Notes: generated by a model not told the origin, from the letters alone. Positions 18,808 to 28,302 are shown, numbered from the whole stretch's first letter. The stretch is 59,032 nt of DNA, filler included, from 6 parts of 6 records of this genome joined end to end with filler, not necessarily neighbours in it, one strand, 5' to 3'. Numbers and translations are program-made.

Positions 18808-21141
18808 CTAAAATATTACTTCCGAAAATATATCTTTTTTTATTTTAGTAAAATAATTTTTACAATCAACTTTTTCGCCTTCTATATATCCACCATTAAA
18901 TTCCTGTTTTTTTTTATATGCGGCTAAACAAGTATCAGTATTTCTTAATATAGCATTTTTAAGATTTAATATTGAGCTATCTTTAGTTGCAATACCAATT
19001 TTTGCATCATTAATATTAATATTATTTATTTCTACGATGGAAGATTCACCTAATGATGCCCCTTTATCCCCACAATTATTTAATTTTAAATTCATTAATT
19101 TGTAATTCCCGTAGGAGAAATCGGCACAATCATTTACTGAATTTAAAATTTCTATTTCATTAATTTTAAGCACTGAGAAATCTACATCCAAACCATCACT
19201 GTAAGAGTTCCCAATAAAAATTTTTTTTATACTGCCTTTAGAATTTATTACATTAACTGCGTCCTCACAATTAGAGTTAGTTGCTGATATTTTTAAATTT
19301 TCTATAACAATATTTATTAATGAAAGACATCCAGTCAACCCTTTTATGTCAATTGGGTAATTTTGTGGCTCTATATTAGCAGAGGTAACAACACCGTTAA
19401 AAATAATAGTTGTATCAATAAGATTGCCATTTAAAATGTAAACCCTGGCTCCTACTTCTTTTTGATTTATAATTATTTCGTTTTTTAATTGGTCGACTTC
19501 TAATTCAATTCCATTTTCATAAAATATAGTTGAGTTTAAATATTTTTTTGAAAAATAATTTCCTTTTTGACTTAATTCTTTTAAGTCCAAATTTTGGCCC
19601 ACATATTGATAATTTTTATTTTCGATTACTAATTCACCTTCAAGTAATTTTATTAAATCTGTTTCTGAAATATCAAAAAATTCACAATTTTTTAAATATA
19701 TTTCACATTTAAATAAATCACTATTATTGTGTTTTATTAATAAAGCTTTAGGGTCAACTTCTTTTAAATTTTTATTGAAATGCCCTAAAATATTCTCTTT
19801 ATATTTATATTGATTATGAAGTGCTAAATCTTGATTTTTCACTTTATTGTAGTCTTGGTTAATTAAATCAAGATTATCTTTAATCTTGTTTATTTTTTTC
19901 TTTATTGCCTCCTCCGACATAATTAACCCAAGAAAACTTAAATTATTTTTCAATTTACTTGTATTGATATTAGAAAGTTCATCATTCAATTTTTCAATAG
20001 CTTCATCATAAAATATTGAAAAAGGATATCTAACTTTTAACGTTGTTGTTGTTGAAAAATTTCTACTAATATCTGGATTTGCATCATAAGCTATTGGTTC
20101 AAAATAATTTTCGATTGAATTCCAATAAAATTTTCTATTGGAGCCACCTAAAGCATGGTGGCTATTGGTAGATTGCATAAATAAATTATAAATATCTAGT
20201 TTAATAATTTTGTTTTTATCAAATAATGCGAGTAATGAATTATCTAAATCGTAATCAAAAAAATAAAAATTATTTTTTTCATCTTGAAATCTACTAGACC
20301 AGTAGAGGAATATTGAATTTAATTTATTTATTGCATCTAAAGATATTTGTTCATGTATATCTCCTTTATAAATTAGATTTGCATTAGTTAATTTAGAAAG
20401 CATCACCTTGCTACTTTTTGTTCTAAGAATAGGTGTGCCCACTGACCAATTACTTAAATTGTTATCTGGAATATTCTTTACTAACTCAAAAAAAAATTTT
20501 TGATCTGCCTCTAAAATTGGTCCTTCTCTTCTGCTATTAAACTCTAAAAGTTCTTTCGCAGCTTTTTCTTGAAACAACATGATTGATTGTGTTTCATTAA
20601 TTCTAGCGTTAACTTTTATTGATCTAGGAGCTAAATAACCAAAATTCCTAAGAATATGATTTTGGATTACAACATCTTCCAATACCCCTCTAACATCTGG
20701 TTTGAATAATTTAAATCGTGTTATCCCTCTTATATTGCCAAGGCTTAAAGTCACATCTAAACTTTGAATTATGGAATTACCCTTTAAAGCAATATGGTCT
20801 TTAGCATCACCACTATGTCTGACCTTTCCTTTTAAATAACAAATATTTCCATCTTCATAAATAACCTTTATATCTGCATCAAACCTTTTTTTTAAATTAT
20901 TAGGAGTAAACCTAGAATTATTTGTAATAATTCTAATATTATTTACAGTCCAGTCTTTATAATTGTGCGTATCAATCTCAATTTTATTTATTTTTGAATT
21001 ATAAAAATTAAGATTATCTTTCTTGCTTGGTTTATGGATGCAGCCAGATAGTTGACTGTTTATTTTTATATCAGCGAAAAGAATTTGACTTAAACTTAAA
21101 AAGAATTGAAAAAAAATTAAAAAAACCAATATTTTTTTCAT
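18808..21141 (-). CDS. exported CotH-like kinase domain fused to a C-terminal right-handed beta-helix
   Basis: Signal peptide or anchor; KVRHSGDAKDH, GITRFKL, GYLAPR, FQEK, H..GSNRKFYWN...FEPIAYD resemble CotH motifs; C-terminal EDAVN / SDGLDVDFS / DCADFS / DKGASLGE rungs. Confidence 0.7.
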   Translation of the reverse strand: MKKILVFLIFFQFFLSLSQILFADIKINSQLSGCIHKPSKKDNLNFYNSKINKIEIDTHNYKDWTVNNIRIITNNSRFTPNNLKKRFDADIKVIYEDGNICYLKGKVRHSGDAKDHIALKGNSIIQSLDVTLSLGNIRGITRFKLFKPDVRGVLEDVVIQNHILRNFGYLAPRSIKVNARINETQSIMLFQEKAAKELLEFNSRREGPILEADQKFFFELVKNIPDNNLSNWSVGTPILRTKSSKVMLSKLTNANLIYKGDIHEQISLDAINKLNSIFLYWSSRFQDEKNNFYFFDYDLDNSLLALFDKNKIIKLDIYNLFMQSTNSHHALGGSNRKFYWNSIENYFEPIAYDANPDISRNFSTTTTLKVRYPFSIFYDEAIEKLNDELSNINTSKLKNNLSFLGLIMSEEAIKKKINKIKDNLDLINQDYNKVKNQDLALHNQYKYKENILGHFNKNLKEVDPKALLIKHNNSDLFKCEIYLKNCEFFDISETDLIKLLEGELVIENKNYQYVGQNLDLKELSQKGNYFSKKYLNSTIFYENGIELEVDQLKNEIIINQKEVGARVYILNGNLIDTTIIFNGVVTSANIEPQNYPIDIKGLTGCLSLINIVIENLKISATNSNCEDAVNVINSKGSIKKIFIGNSYSDGLDVDFSVLKINEIEILNSVNDCADFSYGNYKLMNLKLNNCGDKGASLGESSIVEINNININDAKIGIATKDSSILNLKNAILRNTDTCLAAYKKKQEFNGGYIEGEKVDCKNYFTKIKKDIFSEVIF

Positions 21142-21149
21142 AGTCTAAA

Positions 21150-21767
21150 TTAATTTAAAACTACATTTACTTTGTGAATATCTTTTTCTTTTGCTAAACC
21201 ATCTCTAAAATCTTCTAAAGATTTCCTATTAGTAAAATTTAACCTGTAAATATATTGTTGGCTATTTATATCTGAGATATAATTTACTAGATTATCACTT
21301 TTTTCAATTACTTCGATTCTTTTTTTTGAAATTACTTCTAGGGTGTTGCTGACATTTCCTTCATTGAAAGAAACATTGTAAAAAGATTTTCCAATTTTTT
21401 TAGATAAAATTTGTATTCCTTTTACAATTAAAATTATTAAAATTGTACAAATAATTAATTGAATTGCCCATTTAGTTCTTACGCTAGTTGCAATACCAAT
21501 TGTGATTAAAGCAAAATAAATAACTAGCTCTAAAGCGCTTTTAACTGGATGTCTAAATCTCACAATGGATAAAGCTCCTATCATACCTAAAGATAAAGCA
21601 ATATTTCCTGAGATAGTTTTAGTTATTACATATGTAATTACTGGTAAAACTAAAAAAGTTACGGTTTGAGCATGAGACTTTGCCCAAGCTTGTCCCGTAA
21701 TTGTTAAGGCGAATCTAAGTAACAAACCACTTGTTACTAGAAGCAATATAGGTTCGAGTTCATCCAT
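21150..21767 (-). CDS. DUF4956 family membrane protein
   Basis: Signature ISGNIALSLGMIGALSIVRFRHPVK, several TM helices and a soluble C-terminal domain; start reset to the ATG at 21767 (MDELEP). Confidence 0.88.
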   Translation of the reverse strand: MDELEPILLLVTSGLLLRFALTITGQAWAKSHAQTVTFLVLPVITYVITKTISGNIALSLGMIGALSIVRFRHPVKSALELVIYFALITIGIATSVRTKWAIQLIICTILIILIVKGIQILSKKIGKSFYNVSFNEGNVSNTLEVISKKRIEVIEKSDNLVNYISDINSQQYIYRLNFTNRKSLEDFRDGLAKEKDIHKVNVVLN

Positions 21768-21774
21768 AAGGCAA

Positions 21775-21802
21775 CTTATATACTTTTTGATATAATATTC
21801 AA
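21775..21802 (-). promoter_or_regulatory. putative sigma70 promoter of the DUF4956-CotH-VTC operon (near-leaderless)
   Basis: TTGAAT-16nt-TATAAG ending 7 nt before the ATG at 21767; the AT-rich background weakens this. Confidence 0.35.
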
Positions 21803-21873
21803 TCGAAAGCGTGTTTGCTACAGAAAGCGGAACTAAACATAGCAAGGTCTAAATTTTTCATAAAATAATTGTT

Positions 21874-22974
21874 TTAAAAATTAAGTAAAGATTTTAATAA
21901 TTTGGTGTCTATTTCAATATCACCATGTTGATTATTCCAATTAAATTTTTTGTTCTCAGAGCAAATGCTTTTATAACTAAGGTTATTTTTTATGCAAAGA
22001 TTTTTAAACATGTCGCCTGCTGAAACAGATTTAAGCTCAATTATTTTAGTACCAGGATCACAAAAAACTGTATTGGCAAAGCCGGCACCATGTAAACCTA
22101 TTACAAAACTTGCTTTTTTAAATAGCATTATCTGTTCTATAAAAGAATAATCACTTAGTTTAACGCTTTTAAATCCTTTGTTTAATAATAATTCTTCTAC
22201 TTCGTTTTCATTAATTATAAAACGATGAGACCTTCCATCTTTTCTATTAATAAATATTTTGTTTGGAAAATTTATAGTTTTTTTTCCGTCAAAATTAATT
22301 GAATTCAAGAATTTTTTTTTCAAATAATCTATAATCCAATCTGGAATATTCAGAGAATCTTTTAATGGATTGTTTAAAATATTGTAAGGGTGATCTGTTA
22401 CTATTATCTGGTTTGCTTCAAAATGTCTTAGTTTTATACTAGATAATCTTTTTTCGTTCGGAATTTTCAAAATATCTAAAGTTTGATATTGAAATTTTTC
22501 ATTTAGATTAGGAAATAAATAATAATCAATAGGAACTTTTATTTTTAATTTTTCAATTATATGAAGTCTAGGCAACACATCGAAAAGCCAATGCCAATAA
22601 TTTGAGTTTCCTCCACCTCCAGTTAATAATGACAAAACGTTTCCTTTAATTTTTTTTTTTAATCTAGGTGTTCCTTTTGAAAAAACTGAATTAAGCCTGC
22701 AGTCCGCATTTTTATTTGATCTATATTGAAATGAAGGTCCATTAATAATTTTATTATTCTTTATTATTGCTGTGTCATGAATAGTATCAGTATAGAGTCT
22801 ACTATTAGAACAAATATATACCTTATACTCGTTTTTCAATTTAACTTTTTCAATTTTTATCTCTTTATCCTGAATTGGTTCTAAATTAGAATATATTTCT
22901 CCATGGAAATATTTAAATAGTTTTTGAATTAAAAACTTATAAAATTTGGAAAGTTTTGATTTTATTTTTACCAT
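21874..22974 (-). CDS. glycosyltransferase family 61 (DUF563)
   Basis: NYWHWLFDVLPRL, KIFINRKD, SFIEQIMLF, GLHGAGFANTVF. Confidence 0.88.
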   Translation of the reverse strand: MVKIKSKLSKFYKFLIQKLFKYFHGEIYSNLEPIQDKEIKIEKVKLKNEYKVYICSNSRLYTDTIHDTAIIKNNKIINGPSFQYRSNKNADCRLNSVFSKGTPRLKKKIKGNVLSLLTGGGGNSNYWHWLFDVLPRLHIIEKLKIKVPIDYYLFPNLNEKFQYQTLDILKIPNEKRLSSIKLRHFEANQIIVTDHPYNILNNPLKDSLNIPDWIIDYLKKKFLNSINFDGKKTINFPNKIFINRKDGRSHRFIINENEVEELLLNKGFKSVKLSDYSFIEQIMLFKKASFVIGLHGAGFANTVFCDPGTKIIELKSVSAGDMFKNLCIKNNLSYKSICSENKKFNWNNQHGDIEIDTKLLKSLLNF

Positions 22975-23173
22975 TTAATTAAAATTTTCATATATTATTT
23001 AGTTTTTTAAGGTAGATTCGAACAAATAATAAAATTAAAAACATATAGATAATTACAACTCTCAAATAAAAGTTTATACTTTGTTTTGTATTATTTGTAT
23101 TTTTTTTTTTTGATGATAATTATAGTAAATCTAATGTTTTTAAAAAAATTTAATAAAATGATAAGAAATTCAA

Positions 23174-24406
23174 ATGAATTATAAAGAAAAAAAATTTTTT
23201 GAAAGTATTTTAACGCAAAAAATTAAATCTAAGAAAAAGCATAATAGATACGCATTAACTTTAGATAGCCCAATAAGTATTGAGGATATGTATAGTGCTA
23301 TAGAAGTAATTTTATCAGGGCAAATAACAATGTCTGAAATTACAAAAAAGTTTGAAAAAGAATTTGCTAAATTTGTCGGTTCAAAATTTGCATTAATGGT
23401 TAATTCAGGCTCTTCAGCAAATTTGTTAGCTTTTTTTTCTTTAATAAATCCTCTTCAAAAAAATAAAATTCAATTTGGTAGTGAGTGTCTAATTCCAGGT
23501 CTTTGTTGGTCCACTTCTCTTTGGCCAATAGTTCAAACTAATTTAGTACCAAAATTTGTTGATATTGATTTTGATACTTTCAATTTAAATATAAATGAAG
23601 TTAAGAAAAACATTACAAAAAAGACTAAAGTAATTTGTGCAGTTCATATTCTTGGAAATTCCACAAATATGTCAAAACTTACAAAAATCGCTAAAGAAAA
23701 TAACCTTATTTTAATTGAAGACAGCTGTGAAGCTCTTGGCTCGAAATTTAATAACAAATATTTAGGAACATTTGGAAAATTTGGAACTTATTCATTCTAT
23801 GTTTCACATCAAATAACTTCTGGAGAGGGAGGAATGTTAGTTTGTAACGATCCTGAAGATTATAGAATAGCGCATCAATTACGATCACATGGATGGGATA
23901 GAGGATTTGAAAAAGATAAAAATAATAAATTTAATTTTATAAATTCTGGATTTAATTTAAGACCCACCGATATTAATGCCGCTATAGGATATAGCCAATT
24001 CAAAAAACTAAATAGATATAAAAAAATTAGACAACAAAATAGGAATAAGATTATATCTCATTTAATTAAATCAAAAAATTGGAATAATCAATTTAGCTTT
24101 CTAGAACCAAATGAAAATTTAAAGCCAAGCTGGTTTGGTTTTCCGATTATAATTAGTAAAAAATTAACTTCAAAAAAAATAGAGTTTTTGAAATTTTTAA
24201 ATAAAAAAAATATAGAAACAAGACCAATAATAAGTGGAAATTTTTTAAATCAACCAAGTGTTAATTTATATAATCTAAACAAAGCAAAAAAGATTCTTAA
24301 AAATTGTCAAGACTTAGAGGAAAGAGGTTTTTTTATAGGTCTGCATACAGAGCCTATTTCAAAAAATAATTTAGATTATCTAGTAAATAACTTGCTTAAG
24401 ATTTAA
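23174..24406 (+). CDS. DegT/DnrJ/EryC1/StrS family PLP enzyme, ColD-like (GDP-4-keto-6-deoxymannose 3-dehydratase)
   Basis: NSGSSANLL, EDSCEALG; His replaces the Schiff-base Lys (SFYVSHQITSGEGG); RSHGWDR without the Fe-S cysteines of RfbH/E1. Confidence 0.8.
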   Translation: MNYKEKKFFESILTQKIKSKKKHNRYALTLDSPISIEDMYSAIEVILSGQITMSEITKKFEKEFAKFVGSKFALMVNSGSSANLLAFFSLINPLQKNKIQFGSECLIPGLCWSTSLWPIVQTNLVPKFVDIDFDTFNLNINEVKKNITKKTKVICAVHILGNSTNMSKLTKIAKENNLILIEDSCEALGSKFNNKYLGTFGKFGTYSFYVSHQITSGEGGMLVCNDPEDYRIAHQLRSHGWDRGFEKDKNNKFNFINSGFNLRPTDINAAIGYSQFKKLNRYKKIRQQNRNKIISHLIKSKNWNNQFSFLEPNENLKPSWFGFPIIISKKLTSKKIEFLKFLNKKNIETRPIISGNFLNQPSVNLYNLNKAKKILKNCQDLEERGFFIGLHTEPISKNNLDYLVNNLLKI

Positions 24407-24443
24407 AATTTTTAGTTTGGTTTAAAATAAATATTAAATTCAT

Positions 24444-25517
24444 TTAATTATAAAATCTATAGTAGTGCTGATATATTTTATGTCTTAAATAGTTTAAATT
24501 CATTTTTAAAAAACTGTAAAAATTTACAAAATAATCAAAAAAATCTATCTTTATTTCATTCTTATTTTTAAGAAAATTATTCTTAAAATCTTCCATTATT
24601 TTTTTTGGCTTTAGTTTTTTATACTTGTTATGTAGCTTAATTTTTTTTCTTCTACGAAAATTAGTTAAAATCTTAATTAAACTACTATATGACCCGTATT
24701 CGATAAAATTTGTTTCAGGTATACAAAATTTGTGATTTTTATGTCTATTGTACTCATAGGAAATAATTGGTTTATCTTGAACTGCAAATTCTGCACAAGC
24801 TAATCCAAACGACTCGCCTAAACTTCTTCCATAAATCATCCCGTCACAGGTATTTACAAACATTTTTTTGAAAGACTCATTCGAGGTTCCTTTTAAAAAT
24901 TTTATTCTTGGATGATTAATAAATTTGTTTATATTTAAAAAAATAAAAACTATATCTTTTCTAATAGCAACTGTATCTTTTATTGCATCATGTACAAACT
25001 TTAAATCAAAACTGCTTTCACCTCCGTGACAACCTAAAACAATTTTATTTTTGTCAATTTTTAATTTTTTATTTAAATTATTTTTAGTTTGATGCGTATA
25101 AACCATATATGAGACAACAGGTATTTTTTTATTAGAAAATTTTTCGCTTAACCAATCTGAGACATAAGCATAATTATAACCATGAATTTGATTTAATTTC
25201 TGTGGATATGCTGCATGAATTAAAGTCTTTATATTTTGAGATTGCCAACTATCTATATTTCCACTTTTCTGAGTATATAAAAATTCTAAGTAATATTTTT
25301 TTTTAAATTTATCAATATCCTTAAATTTTGAAACACCTACAGTGATAAATTTTTTTTTGAATTTTTTAATAACTTCTTTTTTATTCCGGTGGTTTTTTTG
25401 ATTATAGAAGATTATTGAATTATTTTTTAAAATTTTTTTATTATTGATTGCTAATAGAAAAGTTTGATTGGCAACTCCTCTAAGGTTCATTTCATCAATA
25501 TAAAAAGCAATATTCAT
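24444..25517 (-). CDS. putative GT4-like glycosyltransferase
   Basis: GESFGLACAEF (E-x7-E motif), KPII, LGCHGG; glycan-locus context. Confidence 0.6.
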   Translation of the reverse strand: MNIAFYIDEMNLRGVANQTFLLAINNKKILKNNSIIFYNQKNHRNKKEVIKKFKKKFITVGVSKFKDIDKFKKKYYLEFLYTQKSGNIDSWQSQNIKTLIHAAYPQKLNQIHGYNYAYVSDWLSEKFSNKKIPVVSYMVYTHQTKNNLNKKLKIDKNKIVLGCHGGESSFDLKFVHDAIKDTVAIRKDIVFIFLNINKFINHPRIKFLKGTSNESFKKMFVNTCDGMIYGRSLGESFGLACAEFAVQDKPIISYEYNRHKNHKFCIPETNFIEYGSYSSLIKILTNFRRRKKIKLHNKYKKLKPKKIMEDFKNNFLKNKNEIKIDFFDYFVNFYSFLKMNLNYLRHKIYQHYYRFYN

Positions 25518-25595
25518 TAAGCAGAAATATTTACAACTATACTAATAACTACTTAATTAAAATAACTTAAAATAGTTTCAATGATGAAATTTGGT

Positions 25596-25781
25596 CTAAA
25601 TAGTCAAAATTATTCCAAAAACAGTGACCGCTGAAACAGCTGCAACACCCAAGGCTAAATTTCTTTTTTTTTCTATTTTTTTCTCCTGATTTAATCTGGA
25701 CAGCAGGTCTGTAACTTTAACTTTGCCAGGAGAATTTGTAACGCTTTGATCGCTTGAATTAAGATTAAATTGCGTAGACAT
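25596..25781 (-). CDS. small hypothetical membrane protein (61 aa)
   Basis: Fills the intergenic space; basic stretch followed by a C-terminal TM helix (LALGVAAVSAVTVFGIILTI). Confidence 0.6.
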   Translation of the reverse strand: MSTQFNLNSSDQSVTNSPGKVKVTDLLSRLNQEKKIEKKRNLALGVAAVSAVTVFGIILTI

Positions 25782-25867
25782 GACAACATTAGAACAAAAA
25801 AAATAACATTATGGAATATTCTTAAAGCGCATATTGGGCCTATTGATCTAATTTTGCCCGAATTGAT

Positions 25868-28300
25868 TTAATTCCGTAATTTTAGAGATTGAGGATCATG
25901 TATAGCAAGTTTTTCATGATTAAGTGAATATTTAATTCCTTCAACTTCTATAAATAAACCCTCATAGCTTTTAATTTCTTCACTAATGTAAGCAAGGCAA
26001 ATATTTTTTTTATAGCAGAAAGAGTAGTTTGAACTAGTGGTGCTACCAACAATTTTTCCATTATAGAAAATAGGTTCATCGTGTAAGAGTAATGGTTTTC
26101 CAGGTTGAAAGTTATTTTTTAAAGAAAATAGTTCTAATTTTTTTTGAAGCTCAATATCTTTAATTTTTTCTAAAACTCTTCTACCTATAAAATCACTATC
26201 CTTTTTAAAATTAACTGCAAATGATAAACCAGCTTCGAATGGATTGTTTTCAGAAGTAATATCATGTCCCCAATGTAAAAATTTTTTTTCTAGTCTTAAA
26301 ATATCCAATGTATGCATACCAGCGTAAGTCAAATTAAATTTTTTGCCTAATTTATTGATCTTATCAAAGATAAAGTTTGTTTTTTTAATAGGAATATAAA
26401 TTTCCCAACCAAGTTCTCCTATAAATGACAACCTTTGAAACCAAACTTTTGTATTAAATACATTGAGGTATTTTCCTCTAGAAAAAGGAAAGTTTTCTTT
26501 TGAAAAAAAATCACCAAATATAAAAGTTAAGAATTTTCTACTATTAGGTCCGAAAATTCCTATGCATGAAAACTCGTCTGTCACATCTTTAAACTTAACA
26601 TCTTGCGTTAAGTTTTTTAGTATATGAGATCTATTATGACTTCTAGCTAAAGCTGGACAAATAATCCTAAAATAATTTTCTTTCAAACAGGAAACAGTTA
26701 AATCAGCTTCAATACCACCTGAGGGATTTAACATTTGTGTGTATGTAGTTCTTCCCTCTATATTTTTAATATTATTAGCACAAAGATACTGTAATTGATC
26801 ATGTGAGTTTTTTCCGTACAAATCAAATTTAACAAAAGGTGTTAAATCAAAAAAACCTAAATTATTTCTTGTGTTCAAACATTCATTCTTAGCTGACTGG
26901 AACCAATTTTGATATCCATAACTATATCTATATTTAGGATTTCTTTTTTTTGAGTACCACATTGGCCTTTCAAACCCAGCCATTTGACCAAAGCAAGCAC
27001 CTAATTTTTTTAACTTATTATGATATGGAAGTAATTTTACATTTCTTGAGGTCTCTAACTGTTTATAGGGCCAATGCATCTTAAATAAGTTACCAAGCGT
27101 TTCGGTTGTTCTTTCTTTAATAAATTTTAATGATGAATTAAATTTTTCAAATCTTTTTACATCTAAACTTAAAAGATCTTCAGTTGTATGGCCTTTTATC
27201 ATCCATTCTGCAACAGTTTTGCCTGCTCCGCCGCCAGAACCAATGCCAATACTATTGAAACCACAGCATACATAAAAATTTTTTATTTCCTCTGTTTCTC
27301 CTATTAAAAAATTACTATCAGGAGTAAAAGACTCTGGTCCTGAAAAATATTTTTCAATATTTAATTTTTTGATATTTGGAATACGTTTTGCTGCTAATTG
27401 ATGAAGCATTTTAGTATATTTTTTATCTACTTTAAATTCACCAAAAGAAAAATTATCCGGAACTTTTCCATTTTTTTTAAATGCATTTTTTGCATTCGGT
27501 TCAAAAATTCCTATCATAATTTTTTTATGATACTCTCGAATATAAAGATAAGTATCAGGATCTCTAAAAGTTGGTAAAATTTCAGGAAGATTTTTGTAAT
27601 CTTCAGTTATCATATAAAAGTGTTCGTTTGGATAAAGGGGAATACTTACGCCTGCGGCATCACCTATTTGCCTTGACCACATACCAGCGCATAAAACAAT
27701 ATATTCACAATTTATAATACCTAAATTTGTTTTTACTCCTCTTATTTGATTGTTTCTTTTAAGAATTTTTTGAAGTTTGCATTTTTCAAATATTTTTACT
27801 CCCTCTAATTTGGCAGCTTCTGCAATATTTTTAGTGAGGATATCTGGATCTGCTTGACCATCCTCTGGTATAAATATCCCCCCTAAAACATCCTTGTTTT
27901 TTGCTATAGGGTATAGAGAGCTAAATTTTTTTTTATCAATTAAATCAATGTCTAAATCAAATAATTTAGACATAGTTTTTTGTCTCAAATATTCTTGATA
28001 TCTTTCTTTTGTAGTTGCGATATTTATGGTTCCTGTTTTTTTGAAACTTGTATCTAAACCTGTGATTTTTTTTAAGTCTTTGTAAAATTTAACAGAGTTT
28101 TTTCTTATTTTTGTTATTTGTGGAGTGGTGCCTAATTGAGTGATCATTCCAGCAGCATGCCATGTGGTGCCAGATGTTAATATATCTCTTTCAATTAATA
28201 CTGTGTTCCATCCATTTTTGGCTAAATGATAAGCCGTTGAGCAACCTGCAATTCCACCACCTATGACTACTACCTTTGCTTCATTTGGCAAAGATTTCAT
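25868..28300 (-). CDS. GcvT-family FAD-dependent oxidoreductase (sarcosine/dimethylglycine dehydrogenase-like)
   Basis: VVIGGGIAG, SGTTWHAAG, GPESFTPD, GcvT folate domain (GGIEADLTV, GELGWEI, LRLEK). Confidence 0.9.
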   Translation of the reverse strand: MKSLPNEAKVVVIGGGIAGCSTAYHLAKNGWNTVLIERDILTSGTTWHAAGMITQLGTTPQITKIRKNSVKFYKDLKKITGLDTSFKKTGTINIATTKERYQEYLRQKTMSKLFDLDIDLIDKKKFSSLYPIAKNKDVLGGIFIPEDGQADPDILTKNIAEAAKLEGVKIFEKCKLQKILKRNNQIRGVKTNLGIINCEYIVLCAGMWSRQIGDAAGVSIPLYPNEHFYMITEDYKNLPEILPTFRDPDTYLYIREYHKKIMIGIFEPNAKNAFKKNGKVPDNFSFGEFKVDKKYTKMLHQLAAKRIPNIKKLNIEKYFSGPESFTPDSNFLIGETEEIKNFYVCCGFNSIGIGSGGGAGKTVAEWMIKGHTTEDLLSLDVKRFEKFNSSLKFIKERTTETLGNLFKMHWPYKQLETSRNVKLLPYHNKLKKLGACFGQMAGFERPMWYSKKRNPKYRYSYGYQNWFQSAKNECLNTRNNLGFFDLTPFVKFDLYGKNSHDQLQYLCANNIKNIEGRTTYTQMLNPSGGIEADLTVSCLKENYFRIICPALARSHNRSHILKNLTQDVKFKDVTDEFSCIGIFGPNSRKFLTFIFGDFFSKENFPFSRGKYLNVFNTKVWFQRLSFIGELGWEIYIPIKKTNFIFDKINKLGKKFNLTYAGMHTLDILRLEKKFLHWGHDITSENNPFEAGLSFAVNFKKDSDFIGRRVLEKIKDIELQKKLELFSLKNNFQPGKPLLLHDEPIFYNGKIVGSTTSSNYSFCYKKNICLAYISEEIKSYEGLFIEVEGIKYSLNHEKLAIHDPQSLKLRN

Positions 28301-28302
28301 TA

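Noticed and set aside
21768-21845. 26-aa N-terminal extension of DUF4956
   Set aside because: The extension does not look like part of the family, and a promoter-like sequence lies inside it. The ATG at 21767 is more plausible.
22975-23173. AT-rich divergent gap with a long T run as a possible ncRNA or phase-variation tract
   Set aside because: No stable structure or recognisable motif; homopolymers are common throughout this low-GC contig.
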